A stretch of DNA of 64,000 nt from an uncultured Clostridium sp. (GCA_947427095.1 CANEGO010000005.1:15021-79020), one strand, 5' to 3'. Counted from the first letter of the stretch, positions 9,769-19,462 are shown. Translations and numbers: made by a program. Notes: a model not told the origin generated them from the sequence alone.

Positions 9769-11511
9769 TTATCTTAACTTAATATGAGTTTCTCTTAGTT
9801 GTAATTCAGTAACTTCATTTGGAGTACCAGTAAGTACGTCTTCACCATTTTGGTTTAATGGGAATGCAACTGTTTCTCTTACGTTATCTTCTTCTAATAA
9901 CATCATAAGTGATCTATCAATACCAAGTGCCATTCCTACGTGTGGTGGACATCCATATTGGAATGCTGTGTATAAAGCACTGAATTTCTTCTTTATATCT
10001 TCTTCTGTGTATCCAGCAAGTTCAAAAGCTTTAACTAATACTTCTGGTCTGTTATTTCTAACAGCTCCTGATACAAGTTCTACACCATTACATACAACGT
10101 CAAATTGGTCTGCATATATTTCTAGTGGATCTTCGGTTTCTAATGCTTTTTCTCCACCTCTTGGCATACTAAATGGGTTATGCATAAAGTCTAATTTACC
10201 AGTTGTTTCACTTATTTCATACATTGGCATATCAGTTATGAAACAAAATTCAAATCTAGAGTTATCAATGATATCTAACTTTCTTCCTAATTCATCTCTT
10301 ATTAAACCGGCGTTTTTACATACAACTGCTTCTCTTTTATCAGCGATAAAGAATAATACGCTGCCTACTTTTAAGTCTGCTTTTTCAAATAATGCATTTC
10401 TATCTTCTTCTGTTAAGAACTTATCAATTGGTCCTTTTAAAGACTTATCTTCTTGAACAGTTATATAACCAATACCAGGCATGTCAATTGATTTAGCATA
10501 ATCAACTAATTCATTAAACCAGCTGTTTGGTTTAGATGCGATTGTCTCTACCTTTATTGCTCTTACGATTGAATCTCTAAATGGTCTAAATTCAGTTTCT
10601 TTAAATACTTCTGATACATCAATTATTTCAAGTGGATTTGTTAAGTCTGGTTTATCAGTACCATATTTAAGCATTGATTCCCTATAAGGTATTCTTCTAA
10701 AGTGTCCTTCAGTTACACTTCTTTTACCAAACTCTTTAAAGAATGCAGGAAATACTGTTTCAGCTACTTCCATAATATCTTCTTGGTCTGCGAAAGCCAT
10801 TTCCATATCTAATTGATAGAATTCTCCAACTAATCTATCTCTTCTTCCATCTTCATCTCTAAAACATGGCGCAAGTTGGAAATATTTATCAAATCCTGAA
10901 GCCATTAACAATTGTTTAAATTGTTGTGGTGCTTGTGGAAGTGCGTAAAACTTTCCTTTATGCTTTCTCGATGGAATTATAAAGTCTCTAGCACCTTCTG
11001 GTGATGATGATGTAAGAATTGGTGTTGTAACTTCTAAGAAGCCTAATTCTTGCATCTTATTTCTTAAGAAGTTAAATGCTTTTGATCTTAAGATTATGTT
11101 TTCATGTACCTTTGGATTTCTTAAGTCTAAGAATCTGTATTTTAATCTAACATCTTCTGCTACCTTTTTAGATTCATCTACTTCAAATGGTAATACTTTA
11201 GCCGTATCAGATAGTAATTCTAGTGAGTCTGCTACTACTTCTATTTCTCCTGTAGTAAGTTTTTTATTAACTGTTTCCTCATCTCTTTTAATTACTTTAC
11301 CAGTTATTTTAATAACTGTTTCTTTACTTACTCCTTTTAGCATAGCATCATCATGTACAACAACTTGTGTTACTCCATAATGATCTCTTAAGTCAACGAA
11401 CATAACTCCACCATGGTCTCTTACGCCCTGTACAAAACCTGATAAAGTAACGTCCTTATCTAAATCTTTTATTGTTAATTCTCCGCATGTATTTGTTCTA
11501 TATTTACTCAT
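9769..11511 (-). CDS. aspS: Aspartate--tRNA ligase (probably non-discriminating, given co-located gatCAB and an Asn T-box)
   Basis: 580-aa class II aaRS with an N-terminal OB fold and the FRDED, QLDMEM and GGLAMGIDR-type motifs. Confidence 0.95.
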   Translation of the reverse strand: MSKYRTNTCGELTIKDLDKDVTLSGFVQGVRDHGGVMFVDLRDHYGVTQVVVHDDAMLKGVSKETVIKITGKVIKRDEETVNKKLTTGEIEVVADSLELLSDTAKVLPFEVDESKKVAEDVRLKYRFLDLRNPKVHENIILRSKAFNFLRNKMQELGFLEVTTPILTSSSPEGARDFIIPSRKHKGKFYALPQAPQQFKQLLMASGFDKYFQLAPCFRDEDGRRDRLVGEFYQLDMEMAFADQEDIMEVAETVFPAFFKEFGKRSVTEGHFRRIPYRESMLKYGTDKPDLTNPLEIIDVSEVFKETEFRPFRDSIVRAIKVETIASKPNSWFNELVDYAKSIDMPGIGYITVQEDKSLKGPIDKFLTEEDRNALFEKADLKVGSVLFFIADKREAVVCKNAGLIRDELGRKLDIIDNSRFEFCFITDMPMYEISETTGKLDFMHNPFSMPRGGEKALETEDPLEIYADQFDVVCNGVELVSGAVRNNRPEVLVKAFELAGYTEEDIKKKFSALYTAFQYGCPPHVGMALGIDRSLMMLLEEDNVRETVAFPLNQNGEDVLTGTPNEVTELQLRETHIKLR

Positions 11512-11527
11512 TATTTATCATTCCTTT

Positions 11528-12406
11528 CTAATCATATTGGTTAGCTAATTGGTCGATTGTAGTTCCACCAGTCGCTTTCCAATCTATTTTTATATCATCA
11601 AATTCTTTACTTCTAAAATCATTTAATATTTTATAGTCTTCTTTTTCCATTTCAAAATTTAATGATTCCAAATTTTCCTTAATTCTATTTATATTTGTAC
11701 TTTTTACAAGTGGTATAATATGTTTTTCTTTAATTATCCAATTTAATATTATCTGATTTTGAGTTTTTTCATATTTTTTAGATAATTTTAATAAACAATT
11801 ATAATTTCTAAGTGCCGTTCTATTTCTTCTTAATGGTTGATAACATATAAATTGTATATTATTCTTTTTACAATAATCAATAATACCTATATCTTCATAT
11901 ATTTTACATTCTAAATTATATATACCTTCAAAAAAGTCTATTTTTGAAACTTTCTGTATATCCTTTAGTTGCTCCATACTAACATTACTTACACCTATAT
12001 ATCTTACTTTCTTATTTTCTACTAATTCATTTATTTTAGAATATACATCTTTCAATGGAATGTCTGAGAAAAATGGAGCATGGATTTGAATACTATCAAC
12101 ATAATCTATATTTAAAATACTTAAATATTCATTAAGTTGCTTTTCAACATCATCCTTAACTTTAATTGTAGGCTCCAAATTAACATTAATAAATAAATTG
12201 TTTCTTCCTACCTTATCAATAAACTCTTTCATTTTCCTAACAACATTGCCATCATTATATAACATATATAAAGATAAATAATTTTGTCCTTTTTCAAAAG
12301 AATATTTTAAAGTCTTTATTTCTTTAGAAAAATTTTCAAAATCAATGGTCCATGTTCCAATTCCTATTGGAAATATATCTTTTTTGTCTAACATTTTAGT
12401 TTTCAC
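11528..12406 (-). CDS. Aldo/keto reductase family protein
   Basis: 292-aa ORF with AKR-like features. Overlaps the upstream cupin gene by 11 nt. Confidence 0.65.
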   Translation of the reverse strand: MKTKMLDKKDIFPIGIGTWTIDFENFSKEIKTLKYSFEKGQNYLSLYMLYNDGNVVRKMKEFIDKVGRNNLFINVNLEPTIKVKDDVEKQLNEYLSILNIDYVDSIQIHAPFFSDIPLKDVYSKINELVENKKVRYIGVSNVSMEQLKDIQKVSKIDFFEGIYNLECKIYEDIGIIDYCKKNNIQFICYQPLRRNRTALRNYNCLLKLSKKYEKTQNQIILNWIIKEKHIIPLVKSTNINRIKENLESLNFEMEKEDYKILNDFRSKEFDDIKIDWKATGGTTIDQLANQYD

Positions 12407-12794
12407 TTTCTAACTTTTTTATTGGCAAGTCTCTTAAAGACTTTTGAATCTCACTTCCAGCTTGTGGTGCAAAAATATATAACTGCTCTAATTCTTCATC
12501 AGAATCATTTGCATGGGCATGCATTATTCCTTCTGGAATTAATACACAGTCTCCTTTTTTCAAAATATATTCTGTTCCATCTTCTAGTTTTAACTTTCCT
12601 TCTCCCCTTAGCATATAAATGACTTCTTCAAAGTCTCTTTTATGCATAGCAGTAGAATTCTTAGCTGGAATTGTAACAGTTCCTAAATCTAAGTTTTTAG
12701 CACCTGTCATTTTATCTAATAAGATACTAAGTGTTAGTCCATTTCCAAAATCTTTTATCTCTGTTTTTTCTTTTTCTATTAATTTAATATTCAT
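12396..12794 (-). CDS. Cupin-domain protein
   Basis: 132-aa ORF with a cupin_2-like His cluster (GIMHAHAND). Confidence 0.65.
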   Translation of the reverse strand: MNIKLIEKEKTEIKDFGNGLTLSILLDKMTGAKNLDLGTVTIPAKNSTAMHKRDFEEVIYMLRGEGKLKLEDGTEYILKKGDCVLIPEGIMHAHANDSDEELEQLYIFAPQAGSEIQKSLRDLPIKKLESEN

Positions 12795-12812
12795 CTTTAT
12801 TTTCCTTTCAAA

Positions 12813-13487
12813 TTAATAATTTTCTACGTCTTTAATTCCAAACTCTGGAATTATTACATCATCATCGCATTCTGTTATGAATTTTACTGCTTTAGCTACT
12901 TTTTCTGTTTCTAATCCAGTTGATGTATCATAATCATTTCCAGCTTTCTTAAATAAATCCGTTTGCATAAATCCTGGATAAAAACCAGTAACTTTTATAT
13001 TTTCTTTACTAAGTACTCTTTGTATCGAACGATTAAAGCCTCTCATAGCCCACTTAGAAGCATTGTATACTGCACTAAAATCATCATTATCAAAGCTTGA
13101 TTGTGAACATACATTTATAATCAATCCGCTCTTTTTATTTCTCATTATATGTAATACTGCCTTAGTCATATAAATAGGAGCTTTTGTATTGACATCAATA
13201 CAATCAGATATTTGTTCAAAAGTATTTTCTTCTAAATCTCCTGCTAACCATATACCAGCATTATTAATTAATATATCTACGTCGCCAATTTCTTTTACTA
13301 TACTTTCGATTCTATTATAATCCTTTAAATCGCAAACGTAATACTTACAATTTAATTCAGTAGCTAATGTTTTTAATTTTTCTTCATTCCTTGATATTAA
13401 TATTAAGTTCTCATCTTTTAATTCTCTTGCAATTGATTCTCCCAAACCATCACTTGCACCCGTTATAATTATGTTTTTCATATTCAT
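12813..13487 (-). CDS. SDR family oxidoreductase
   Basis: TGASDGLG and YNASK motifs. Confidence 0.8.
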   Translation of the reverse strand: MNMKNIIITGASDGLGESIARELKDENLILISRNEEKLKTLATELNCKYYVCDLKDYNRIESIVKEIGDVDILINNAGIWLAGDLEENTFEQISDCIDVNTKAPIYMTKAVLHIMRNKKSGLIINVCSQSSFDNDDFSAVYNASKWAMRGFNRSIQRVLSKENIKVTGFYPGFMQTDLFKKAGNDYDTSTGLETEKVAKAVKFITECDDDVIIPEFGIKDVENY

Positions 13488-14737
13488 TCCATCACTCTTT
13501 CTTTTATAAATTTCACTATTTCATCTTCAGCAAAATTACCATCTACAAATATTGGAACTTCATTACCGTAAATATCTATTCCTATTATGCTTAAATCACT
13601 TGTTCCAACCATGAAATCAACATGATTTTTACTTCTGTTTATTCCATTTTTCAATAACTCTCTATCACTCATAACATCACCATTAGGTATACATTTAGGA
13701 AATCCTCTACCTAGTGCCAAGTGACATGATGCATTTTCATCAATCAATATAGAGTTAAATATAATATTTGTTTTTGATATTGGAGAATTATAATCAACTA
13801 ATGCGCACTCTCCCAAAAAGTTCATACCTTCGAATTCTTCCATTAGCTCTAATAATTTATCTTCGTTATTACTAGCCCAAACTTTTTCTACTTTACCATT
13901 TTTAAAAGTTAGTTTAAACTTATCAATTATTTTGCCTTTAATAACTATTGGTCTGCTAGAACAAACTGTTCCATTCACTTTGTTTTTATCTGGTGTTGTA
14001 TAAACTTCTTCAGTTGGCATGTTAACGATTAAATCTTTTTTACCATCAAAACTTTTCTTAGCAGCTCCCCACCATATTACATCCTTTGGAAGACCTATTT
14101 CTAAATTAGTTCCTAACCCGTTTTTATATTTTAATTTAGAAAGTTTTAGTTCATTTAATAAATTTCTTCTTTCTGTGTTTGTTTTTATTTTCTCATTCCA
14201 AGCTTTAATCGGATCTTCTTTATCAATTAAGGTACACTTAAATATAATATTCCACAACTCATCTTCTGAATTAAGGTCTAATTTATCAGCCCACTCTTTT
14301 GTTGCAACTGCCGCTATACACCATGGATACTTATAAATACCTCTTGCTGCTACTGCATTTTCCTGCGTATCAACTTTAATTTTATTCATTAACGTCTTTT
14401 TTTCTAAAGGCACATTATCTAATGTTGATTTGCTATACGATGTTAAGGATAACAATGACCCGCCTTTATCATAAACCTCTTTTATTATAGTTCTATCAAA
14501 ATAAGGTTCTTTTTCTATTTCTTCTAAAGTAGAATTCATTAATATATCTCTTGTCTTTTCACCATCATATTCTACGTCGTATATTCCTGTTATTCCAAGT
14601 TTTTTTGCCTCTTCTTTTACGATATTAACAAATTCTTTTTGTTCTGTTAAATAAATAAGTAATAGTGGTTCCCCAACATTCATAGATAAACATCTGGTTA
14701 ATAAAAATCTAGCATACTTTCTTTTTTTATCATCCAT
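13484..14737 (-). CDS. M29-family aminopeptidase (PepS/AmpS-like); the track's N-terminal extension to 14815 is rejected
   Basis: Start placed at ATG 14737 (MDDKKRKYARFLL) with AAGGAGG 8 nt upstream. The extra upstream codons in the track ORF overlap the T-box terminator. Confidence 0.75.
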   Translation of the reverse strand: MDDKKRKYARFLLTRCLSMNVGEPLLLIYLTEQKEFVNIVKEEAKKLGITGIYDVEYDGEKTRDILMNSTLEEIEKEPYFDRTIIKEVYDKGGSLLSLTSYSKSTLDNVPLEKKTLMNKIKVDTQENAVAARGIYKYPWCIAAVATKEWADKLDLNSEDELWNIIFKCTLIDKEDPIKAWNEKIKTNTERRNLLNELKLSKLKYKNGLGTNLEIGLPKDVIWWGAAKKSFDGKKDLIVNMPTEEVYTTPDKNKVNGTVCSSRPIVIKGKIIDKFKLTFKNGKVEKVWASNNEDKLLELMEEFEGMNFLGECALVDYNSPISKTNIIFNSILIDENASCHLALGRGFPKCIPNGDVMSDRELLKNGINRSKNHVDFMVGTSDLSIIGIDIYGNEVPIFVDGNFAEDEIVKFIKERVME

Positions 14738-15008
14738 CACTAAAACCTCCTTATAAATTAAAAAACAGCAAATCATCCCCATAGGGACGAATGCTGTTTG
14801 TATCCGTGGTACCACCCAGTTTATTATTCTTAAAGAATAATCACTTTATGAAATAATAACGGTTTTTCTTCCGTCTTAGCCTACTTTATAAATTTCGGTA
14901 AGATACTCCGAGGTGTTCTTTCTTTAAATTATCTTACTGATATTCCACCACCATCAGCTCTCTTTTAAGAATCATTTAAATACTTTTCCTCATCAACGTC
15001 TTTAAATA
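14738..15008 (-). ncRNA. T-box riboswitch leader, specifier codon probably AAC (Asn), with intrinsic terminator at 14761-14801
   Basis: Read on the minus strand: a K-turn (UGAUGAGG...CCUCGGAGUA), a specifier loop GAAAGAACA closed by CCUC, a distal loop GGUGGUGGAAU, the T-box sequence ACUGGGUGGUACCACGG, and a terminator ACAAACAGCAUUCGUCCCUAUGGGGAUGAUUUGCUGUUUUU. Confidence 0.75.
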
Positions 15009-15015
15009 TACTTAA

Positions 15016-15043
15016 ATTATATCATATTTTTATTATTTTACAA
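15016..15043 (-). promoter_or_regulatory. Sigma-A promoter TTGTAA-16-TGaTATAAT driving the T-box leader
   Basis: Sequence read on the minus strand ~45 nt upstream of the Stem I K-turn. Confidence 0.55.
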
Positions 15044-15130
15044 CATTTTGTTGTTATTTATGCTTATTTTATAACGTTTTTAACAATATAGTTTATGCAA
15101 CATATAACGTTATTAAAACTAGTAAATTAC

Positions 15131-15160
15131 AAAAAGAAAAAAGTAGCTTAAAGCTACTTT
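15131..15160 (-). terminator. Rho-independent terminator after tRNA-Asn
   Basis: AAAGUAGCUUUAAGCUACUUUUUUCUUUUU read on the minus strand. Confidence 0.6.
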
Positions 15161-15170
15161 TAATTTCATA

Positions 15171-15246
15171 TGGCGCTTCAAGTAGGACTCGAACCTACGA
15201 CCTGCCGGTTAACAGCCGGATGCTCTACCGACTGAGCTATTGAAGC
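15171..15246 (-). tRNA. tRNA-Asn (anticodon GUU)
   Basis: 76-nt cloverleaf GCUUCAAUAGCUCAG...CUGUUAA...GGUUCGAGUCCUACUUGAAGCGCCA. A TTGACA-17-TATAAT promoter lies at 15281-15309. Confidence 0.9.
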
Positions 15247-15387
15247 ATTATGTCGGTTTCCTCTTTCAAGGTACAAACAAATTATATATTAATTAAAATA
15301 CTTTGTCAACAACTTTTTTCAAATATGTGTTTACATATTTCTATTATATGATAAAATACAAATCATATTAAAAAAGTTGGTGATATT

Positions 15388-16116
15388 TTGAAAACCATTA
15401 ATTTTGAAGATTTATATTTTACTGATAATGATATTTATTCTTCTGGAACATATGGAAATATTAAAAAATGCCTTTTCAATGGTAAAACATATGCTTGTAA
15501 AGAATTTAAAGATCCCTTTTATTTAGTTGGAAAAAGGCTTTTAATAGAAGAATTAAGTGATATTCAACATGAAAGTTTATATACTCCGGAATTTTGGGTA
15601 AAAAAAGATGGTGAAACAAATAGATACTTAACTGACTTTTGCACAGGTAAAGATATAGATTCATATAGTGATTATCCAATTAATGAAAAAATTAAAATAT
15701 TAAAACATACTAAAAACTTAATTTTATCAATGCATGAGGAAGGAATAATCCATGCAGATTTAATAGGCTCTAACATTATGGTGGAAAACGCTTCTCCTTG
15801 TATTATAGATTTCGATAACGCAAGCTATAAAAATCATAAAACTTGTATATATGATGTATGTGATTTATCCCAAGCATTTATTAAAGCATACGGAATAAAA
15901 AAGGAAATTGATACTTTTATTTTTAATATATTAACTTTTTCAATAATAAATGAATGTGAATTTTATTTATGCCGTAAAAATGTTTTTCTTAATAACCTTG
16001 GTTATTTTAATAATAGTGATTCAAAGAAAATATGTGATAGCTTCTTTTTGGATACAAAAGTACCTAACAAAGATTTCCTAATAGATACAATAGATGAAAC
16101 TAATTTTACTCCTTAG
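15388..16116 (+). CDS. Protein kinase-like family protein (atypical; HADLIGSNIMV catalytic loop, DFD motif)
   Basis: TTG start with GGTGA 6 nt upstream. A TTTACA-16-TGaTAAAAT promoter lies at 15330-15357. Confidence 0.55.
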   Translation: MKTINFEDLYFTDNDIYSSGTYGNIKKCLFNGKTYACKEFKDPFYLVGKRLLIEELSDIQHESLYTPEFWVKKDGETNRYLTDFCTGKDIDSYSDYPINEKIKILKHTKNLILSMHEEGIIHADLIGSNIMVENASPCIIDFDNASYKNHKTCIYDVCDLSQAFIKAYGIKKEIDTFIFNILTFSIINECEFYLCRKNVFLNNLGYFNNSDSKKICDSFFLDTKVPNKDFLIDTIDETNFTP

Positions 16117-17599
16117 TTTCATCTATTTTTATATTATACTGGCTAGGGCCTTTAATGGCATTGCCGTCAACATCAAATCTAGAACCATGACACGGACAAT
16201 CCCAAGTTTTATCTATTTCATTAAATGTTAAAAAACATCTTAAGTGTGGACAAATATTAGATACGATATGTTCCTTTCCTGCATCATCATAATAAATACC
16301 TACCCTTTTACCATCTTTCCTTGTAACCAATGCTTTATCTTTGTACCAAGAAGGGTTTTTTTTAATTAAATTCAATACGTAGGCCTTAGCATTAGAACTT
16401 AATGTGTTAACAGTAAAATTTTTTATTTTCTTTAAATTCATACTCCTTGATGGATTAAATATTTTTTCATACTTATTTTTTTTATGTTTTAATAAATCGG
16501 TTAATATTTTCGCAGCAATTGTACCATTTGTCATTCCCCACGTATTATATCCAGTTGCCACAAAAACCTCTTTTTCTTCCTCTGATATACGTCCAATTAA
16601 AGGTAAGAAGTCATTTGTCATAACATCCATGTTGGTCCATTTATAATTTGGTAATTTACCAGTTATTTTTTCAGAAACACTAATGGTATCATCATAATTA
16701 TCTTTATAATTTAATTTATCACATATCTTTGAAGAATTGGATAAATATATAAAAAATCTACTATCTTTTTCTTCATAAAACCTAAAAGATACTGTTGGAT
16801 AATTACTTGTAATTCCATTTATCTTTTTATTTTTGTCTATCTTTGTTGCGGTAATATACGATTTTTCCATATATGTTTTCAAAGGGGTAAAACCTGGAAT
16901 TATAAAAAATGGATAGTTACATGCTATGACAATTTTTCTTGTTTTTATTTCAAATCCATTTACTATCGAAACATAATAACCATCTTCTTTTCTTATTTTA
17001 GTTGCGATGCTATTTTCGTAAACTTTTATGTTATTTGATTTTTTTATACGTTTCATTAACCCCTTTAAATATTTAACAGGATTAAATACATAGGTATTTT
17101 TAACCGATATTAACCGGTTTACCCCATTATTTTTAAAAATGTCAGAAACATTTGAATAATTAGCTCCTACCTTTTTAAAAAACTCCTCTTCTTTAATAAA
17201 CTTATAAACTTCTTTTTCGTCAGTTGTAAAAGTAATAGACTCTGTTTTTTCTAAACTGCAATCAATTTCGTTTTCTTTTACAATCTTCTTTACTATCCTT
17301 ATCGCCTCTTTTTGCGACTCATAATATAATTTAGCGGTTTCAAAGTCATAAATATTACATATGTCTTGATATTTTAAGTCCTGAAGATAAGTAAGCTTAC
17401 CCGTACTTTTAGCAGTAACTTCATTAAAGCATTTTCCTCGATCTATCAAAATAACATTAAAATTACTATCAATTAAATTATAAGCCGTGGTAACTCCTGT
17501 TATCCCTGCTCCAATAATTAATACATCTGTTTTAATGTTTTCATTTATAGGTTCTAGTTCTTTTAAATTATTATCTTTTTGCCATAAACTTTTTTCCAT
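16106..17599 (-). CDS. FAD-dependent oxidoreductase fused to a C-terminal Rieske [2Fe-2S] domain (YhfW-like)
   Basis: N-terminal IIGAGITG dinucleotide motif. C-terminal CPHLRC...CPCHGS Rieske ligands. Confidence 0.8.
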   Translation of the reverse strand: MEKSLWQKDNNLKELEPINENIKTDVLIIGAGITGVTTAYNLIDSNFNVILIDRGKCFNEVTAKSTGKLTYLQDLKYQDICNIYDFETAKLYYESQKEAIRIVKKIVKENEIDCSLEKTESITFTTDEKEVYKFIKEEEFFKKVGANYSNVSDIFKNNGVNRLISVKNTYVFNPVKYLKGLMKRIKKSNNIKVYENSIATKIRKEDGYYVSIVNGFEIKTRKIVIACNYPFFIIPGFTPLKTYMEKSYITATKIDKNKKINGITSNYPTVSFRFYEEKDSRFFIYLSNSSKICDKLNYKDNYDDTISVSEKITGKLPNYKWTNMDVMTNDFLPLIGRISEEEKEVFVATGYNTWGMTNGTIAAKILTDLLKHKKNKYEKIFNPSRSMNLKKIKNFTVNTLSSNAKAYVLNLIKKNPSWYKDKALVTRKDGKRVGIYYDDAGKEHIVSNICPHLRCFLTFNEIDKTWDCPCHGSRFDVDGNAIKGPSQYNIKIDETKE

Positions 17600-17640
17600 A
17601 ATAAAATCACCAATAATATGATGGTGATTTTATTATAAGG

Positions 17641-18195
17641 TTATTCACCTTTACGAGTTAAAACGTTAACATACGGTAATTTTTCTGTTTTAGTGATCGT
17701 TTCATCGTCAGTATATTTAATGTTAACATCATCTTCCATGCCAAGTGAAAATTGAAGAAATAGTTTTTTTAAATCAACTAATCTATTTTTTTCCTTAAAA
17801 TTAAAACACGTCTTAGCCTCATTCCAAAGTTGTTTTTCCATCTCATCCCTGCAATTATAATTAAATAATTCTTCAATTGCATAACTTGCTTTTAATGGTT
17901 TTTCAAGAAGAATATTTCTAATTATGCTTGATAACCTCATTGCATTAATTTTTTTAACTGTGTATTTATAAGTCATCACTTCATTGCCAGTTGGTATTAT
18001 TTCTATTATTTCACATTCATAAAAAACATTATTTGAATTTTCAGGTATCGTGCCATAAAACTCTTCTATTTCAGTTTCCACACCATAATACTCATCTAAA
18101 TTTTTAAGGACTGATAATAAATAATTATAATAAACCAAAACATCTAATCTAACTATTTTTTGTTCTCTTTTTCCATATATTGTAATTTTTTTCAT
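17641..18195 (-). CDS. Hypothetical protein
   Basis: 184-aa ORF with TATAAT and AAAGGAG upstream. Confidence 0.5.
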   Translation of the reverse strand: MKKITIYGKREQKIVRLDVLVYYNYLLSVLKNLDEYYGVETEIEEFYGTIPENSNNVFYECEIIEIIPTGNEVMTYKYTVKKINAMRLSSIIRNILLEKPLKASYAIEELFNYNCRDEMEKQLWNEAKTCFNFKEKNRLVDLKKLFLQFSLGMEDDVNIKYTDDETITKTEKLPYVNVLTRKGE

Positions 18196-18287
18196 TTTAC
18201 TGCTCCTTTTTTCAATATATTATATACCAAAAATGGTAATTTTAAAACAAAAATAAAAACATAAGTTAAACTTATGTTTTAAATTCA

Positions 18288-18364
<77 letters not shown>

Positions 18365-18377
18365 ATAAATATATAAG

Positions 18378-18470
18378 TGGCGGAGGAAGAGGGATTCGAA
18401 CCCCCGCGCCGGTTGCCCGACCTCCCGGTTTTCAAGACCGGTCCCTTCAACCAGACTTGGGTATTCCTCC
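18378..18470 (-). tRNA. tRNA-Ser (anticodon UGA), type II
   Basis: 93-nt tRNA GGAGGAAUACCCAAGUCUGG...CUUGAAAACC... with a long variable arm and CCA end. Confidence 0.9.
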
Positions 18471-19171
18471 GAATACATTAACTATTATATGCAAAAACAA
18501 AATGTATATAACAATTAAACAGCACTAAAATTATAGCATTCCATGTTTTATTTGTCAACACATAATTTAAAAACCATAAAAACAGGCACCTATTTTCGTG
18601 CCTGTTTATTGTAATCTAATTTGTTGGTCACTTGGTATACAAAAAAACTTTAGCATCCTTTAAACCAACCACATGATTTTCACCACCTATTCGAAAATTA
18701 TATATTAATGTTTAAAATTATTGTAATCTTTACTAAAAATTGGTTATTAACATCTTAAAAACTTATTTTTTACCAACTAAATAAGCAACACCTCACTTTC
18801 TATTTTAATTGTACCTTTAAAATATTAAATTATTGTGTTATTTTTATTAAAGTTTATAAAAAAAGAAACTATCTTTAGTTTCCTTAGCTATTGTGGTTAA
18901 CATGTACCATACAATACTTTGTTGATGGTAGTACTTTTTCGTTATCATCATGTACGTTTTATGCTATATCATGAGTATTTGAAACACTCATATCCTTGTC
19001 AATTGATATTTCAACATCTATATAATATATATTACCAAGCATCCACAAGTAAAGCACCAAAATCTATCTTTTTGGCGGCGCTCCTTGTATACCAGTACAT
19101 CGCTAAGATGTATAAATCACATACTTTATCGTGCTTTAAAATATTAACGTAATACCTTATGCAAAGTCAAT

Positions 19172-19462
19172 TTACTTTTTAGCTTCTTTTATCTTTATAT
19201 AATCAATTTGAGGGTTATATAAATTATCTGCAAAATGTAATATTTTTGGAGCTGTTTCTTGTATTTTTGTTACACCACCATTTATTATCATCACAATTTC
19301 ATGGTCATCTATTTGTTTAGTAACAATTCCTCTGGCATTATCTGGAAATAGACTTTTATTTGGAGCAATTAAACCAATATTATTTGGTAACATTTTGCTA
19401 ATAAAATTTGGTAACATACCATTATGTATATGACCAGCTAAAATCAAATTTATTAATTTCAT
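19172..19462 (-). pseudogene. Truncated metallophosphoesterase: C-terminal third only (GHIHNG motif near its N-terminus)
   Basis: 96-aa ORF carrying only the last calcineurin-like motifs. An in-frame stop lies 14 codons upstream, and there is no room for the N-terminal 2/3 before tRNA-Leu. Confidence 0.4.

Noticed and set aside
2866-12816. Antisense ORFs inside gatB, gatA, aspS and the cupin gene (2866..3117, 3938..4198, 4730..4963, 9968..10456, 11096..11380, 12422..12816)
   Set aside because: Each lies opposite a well-supported conserved gene and gives a Ser/Leu/Phe-rich low-complexity translation; AT-rich antisense frames commonly stay open.
13484-14815. Long N-terminal extension of the aminopeptidase ORF (MVPRIQTAFVPMGMICCF...)
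   Set aside because: The extra 26 codons overlap the T-box terminator hairpin. The internal ATG at 14737 has a near-perfect AAGGAGG SD.
14905-14925. Reading the T-box specifier as GAC (Asp) to match aspS
   Set aside because: The loop reads GAAAGAACA immediately before the closing CCUC. The triplet preceding the conserved purine is AAC; GAC would require GACA, which is absent.
18919-19152. Plus-strand 77-aa ORF in the decayed inter-tRNA region
   Set aside because: No SD; Tyr/His/Leu-rich with no domain. More likely non-coding remnant DNA.
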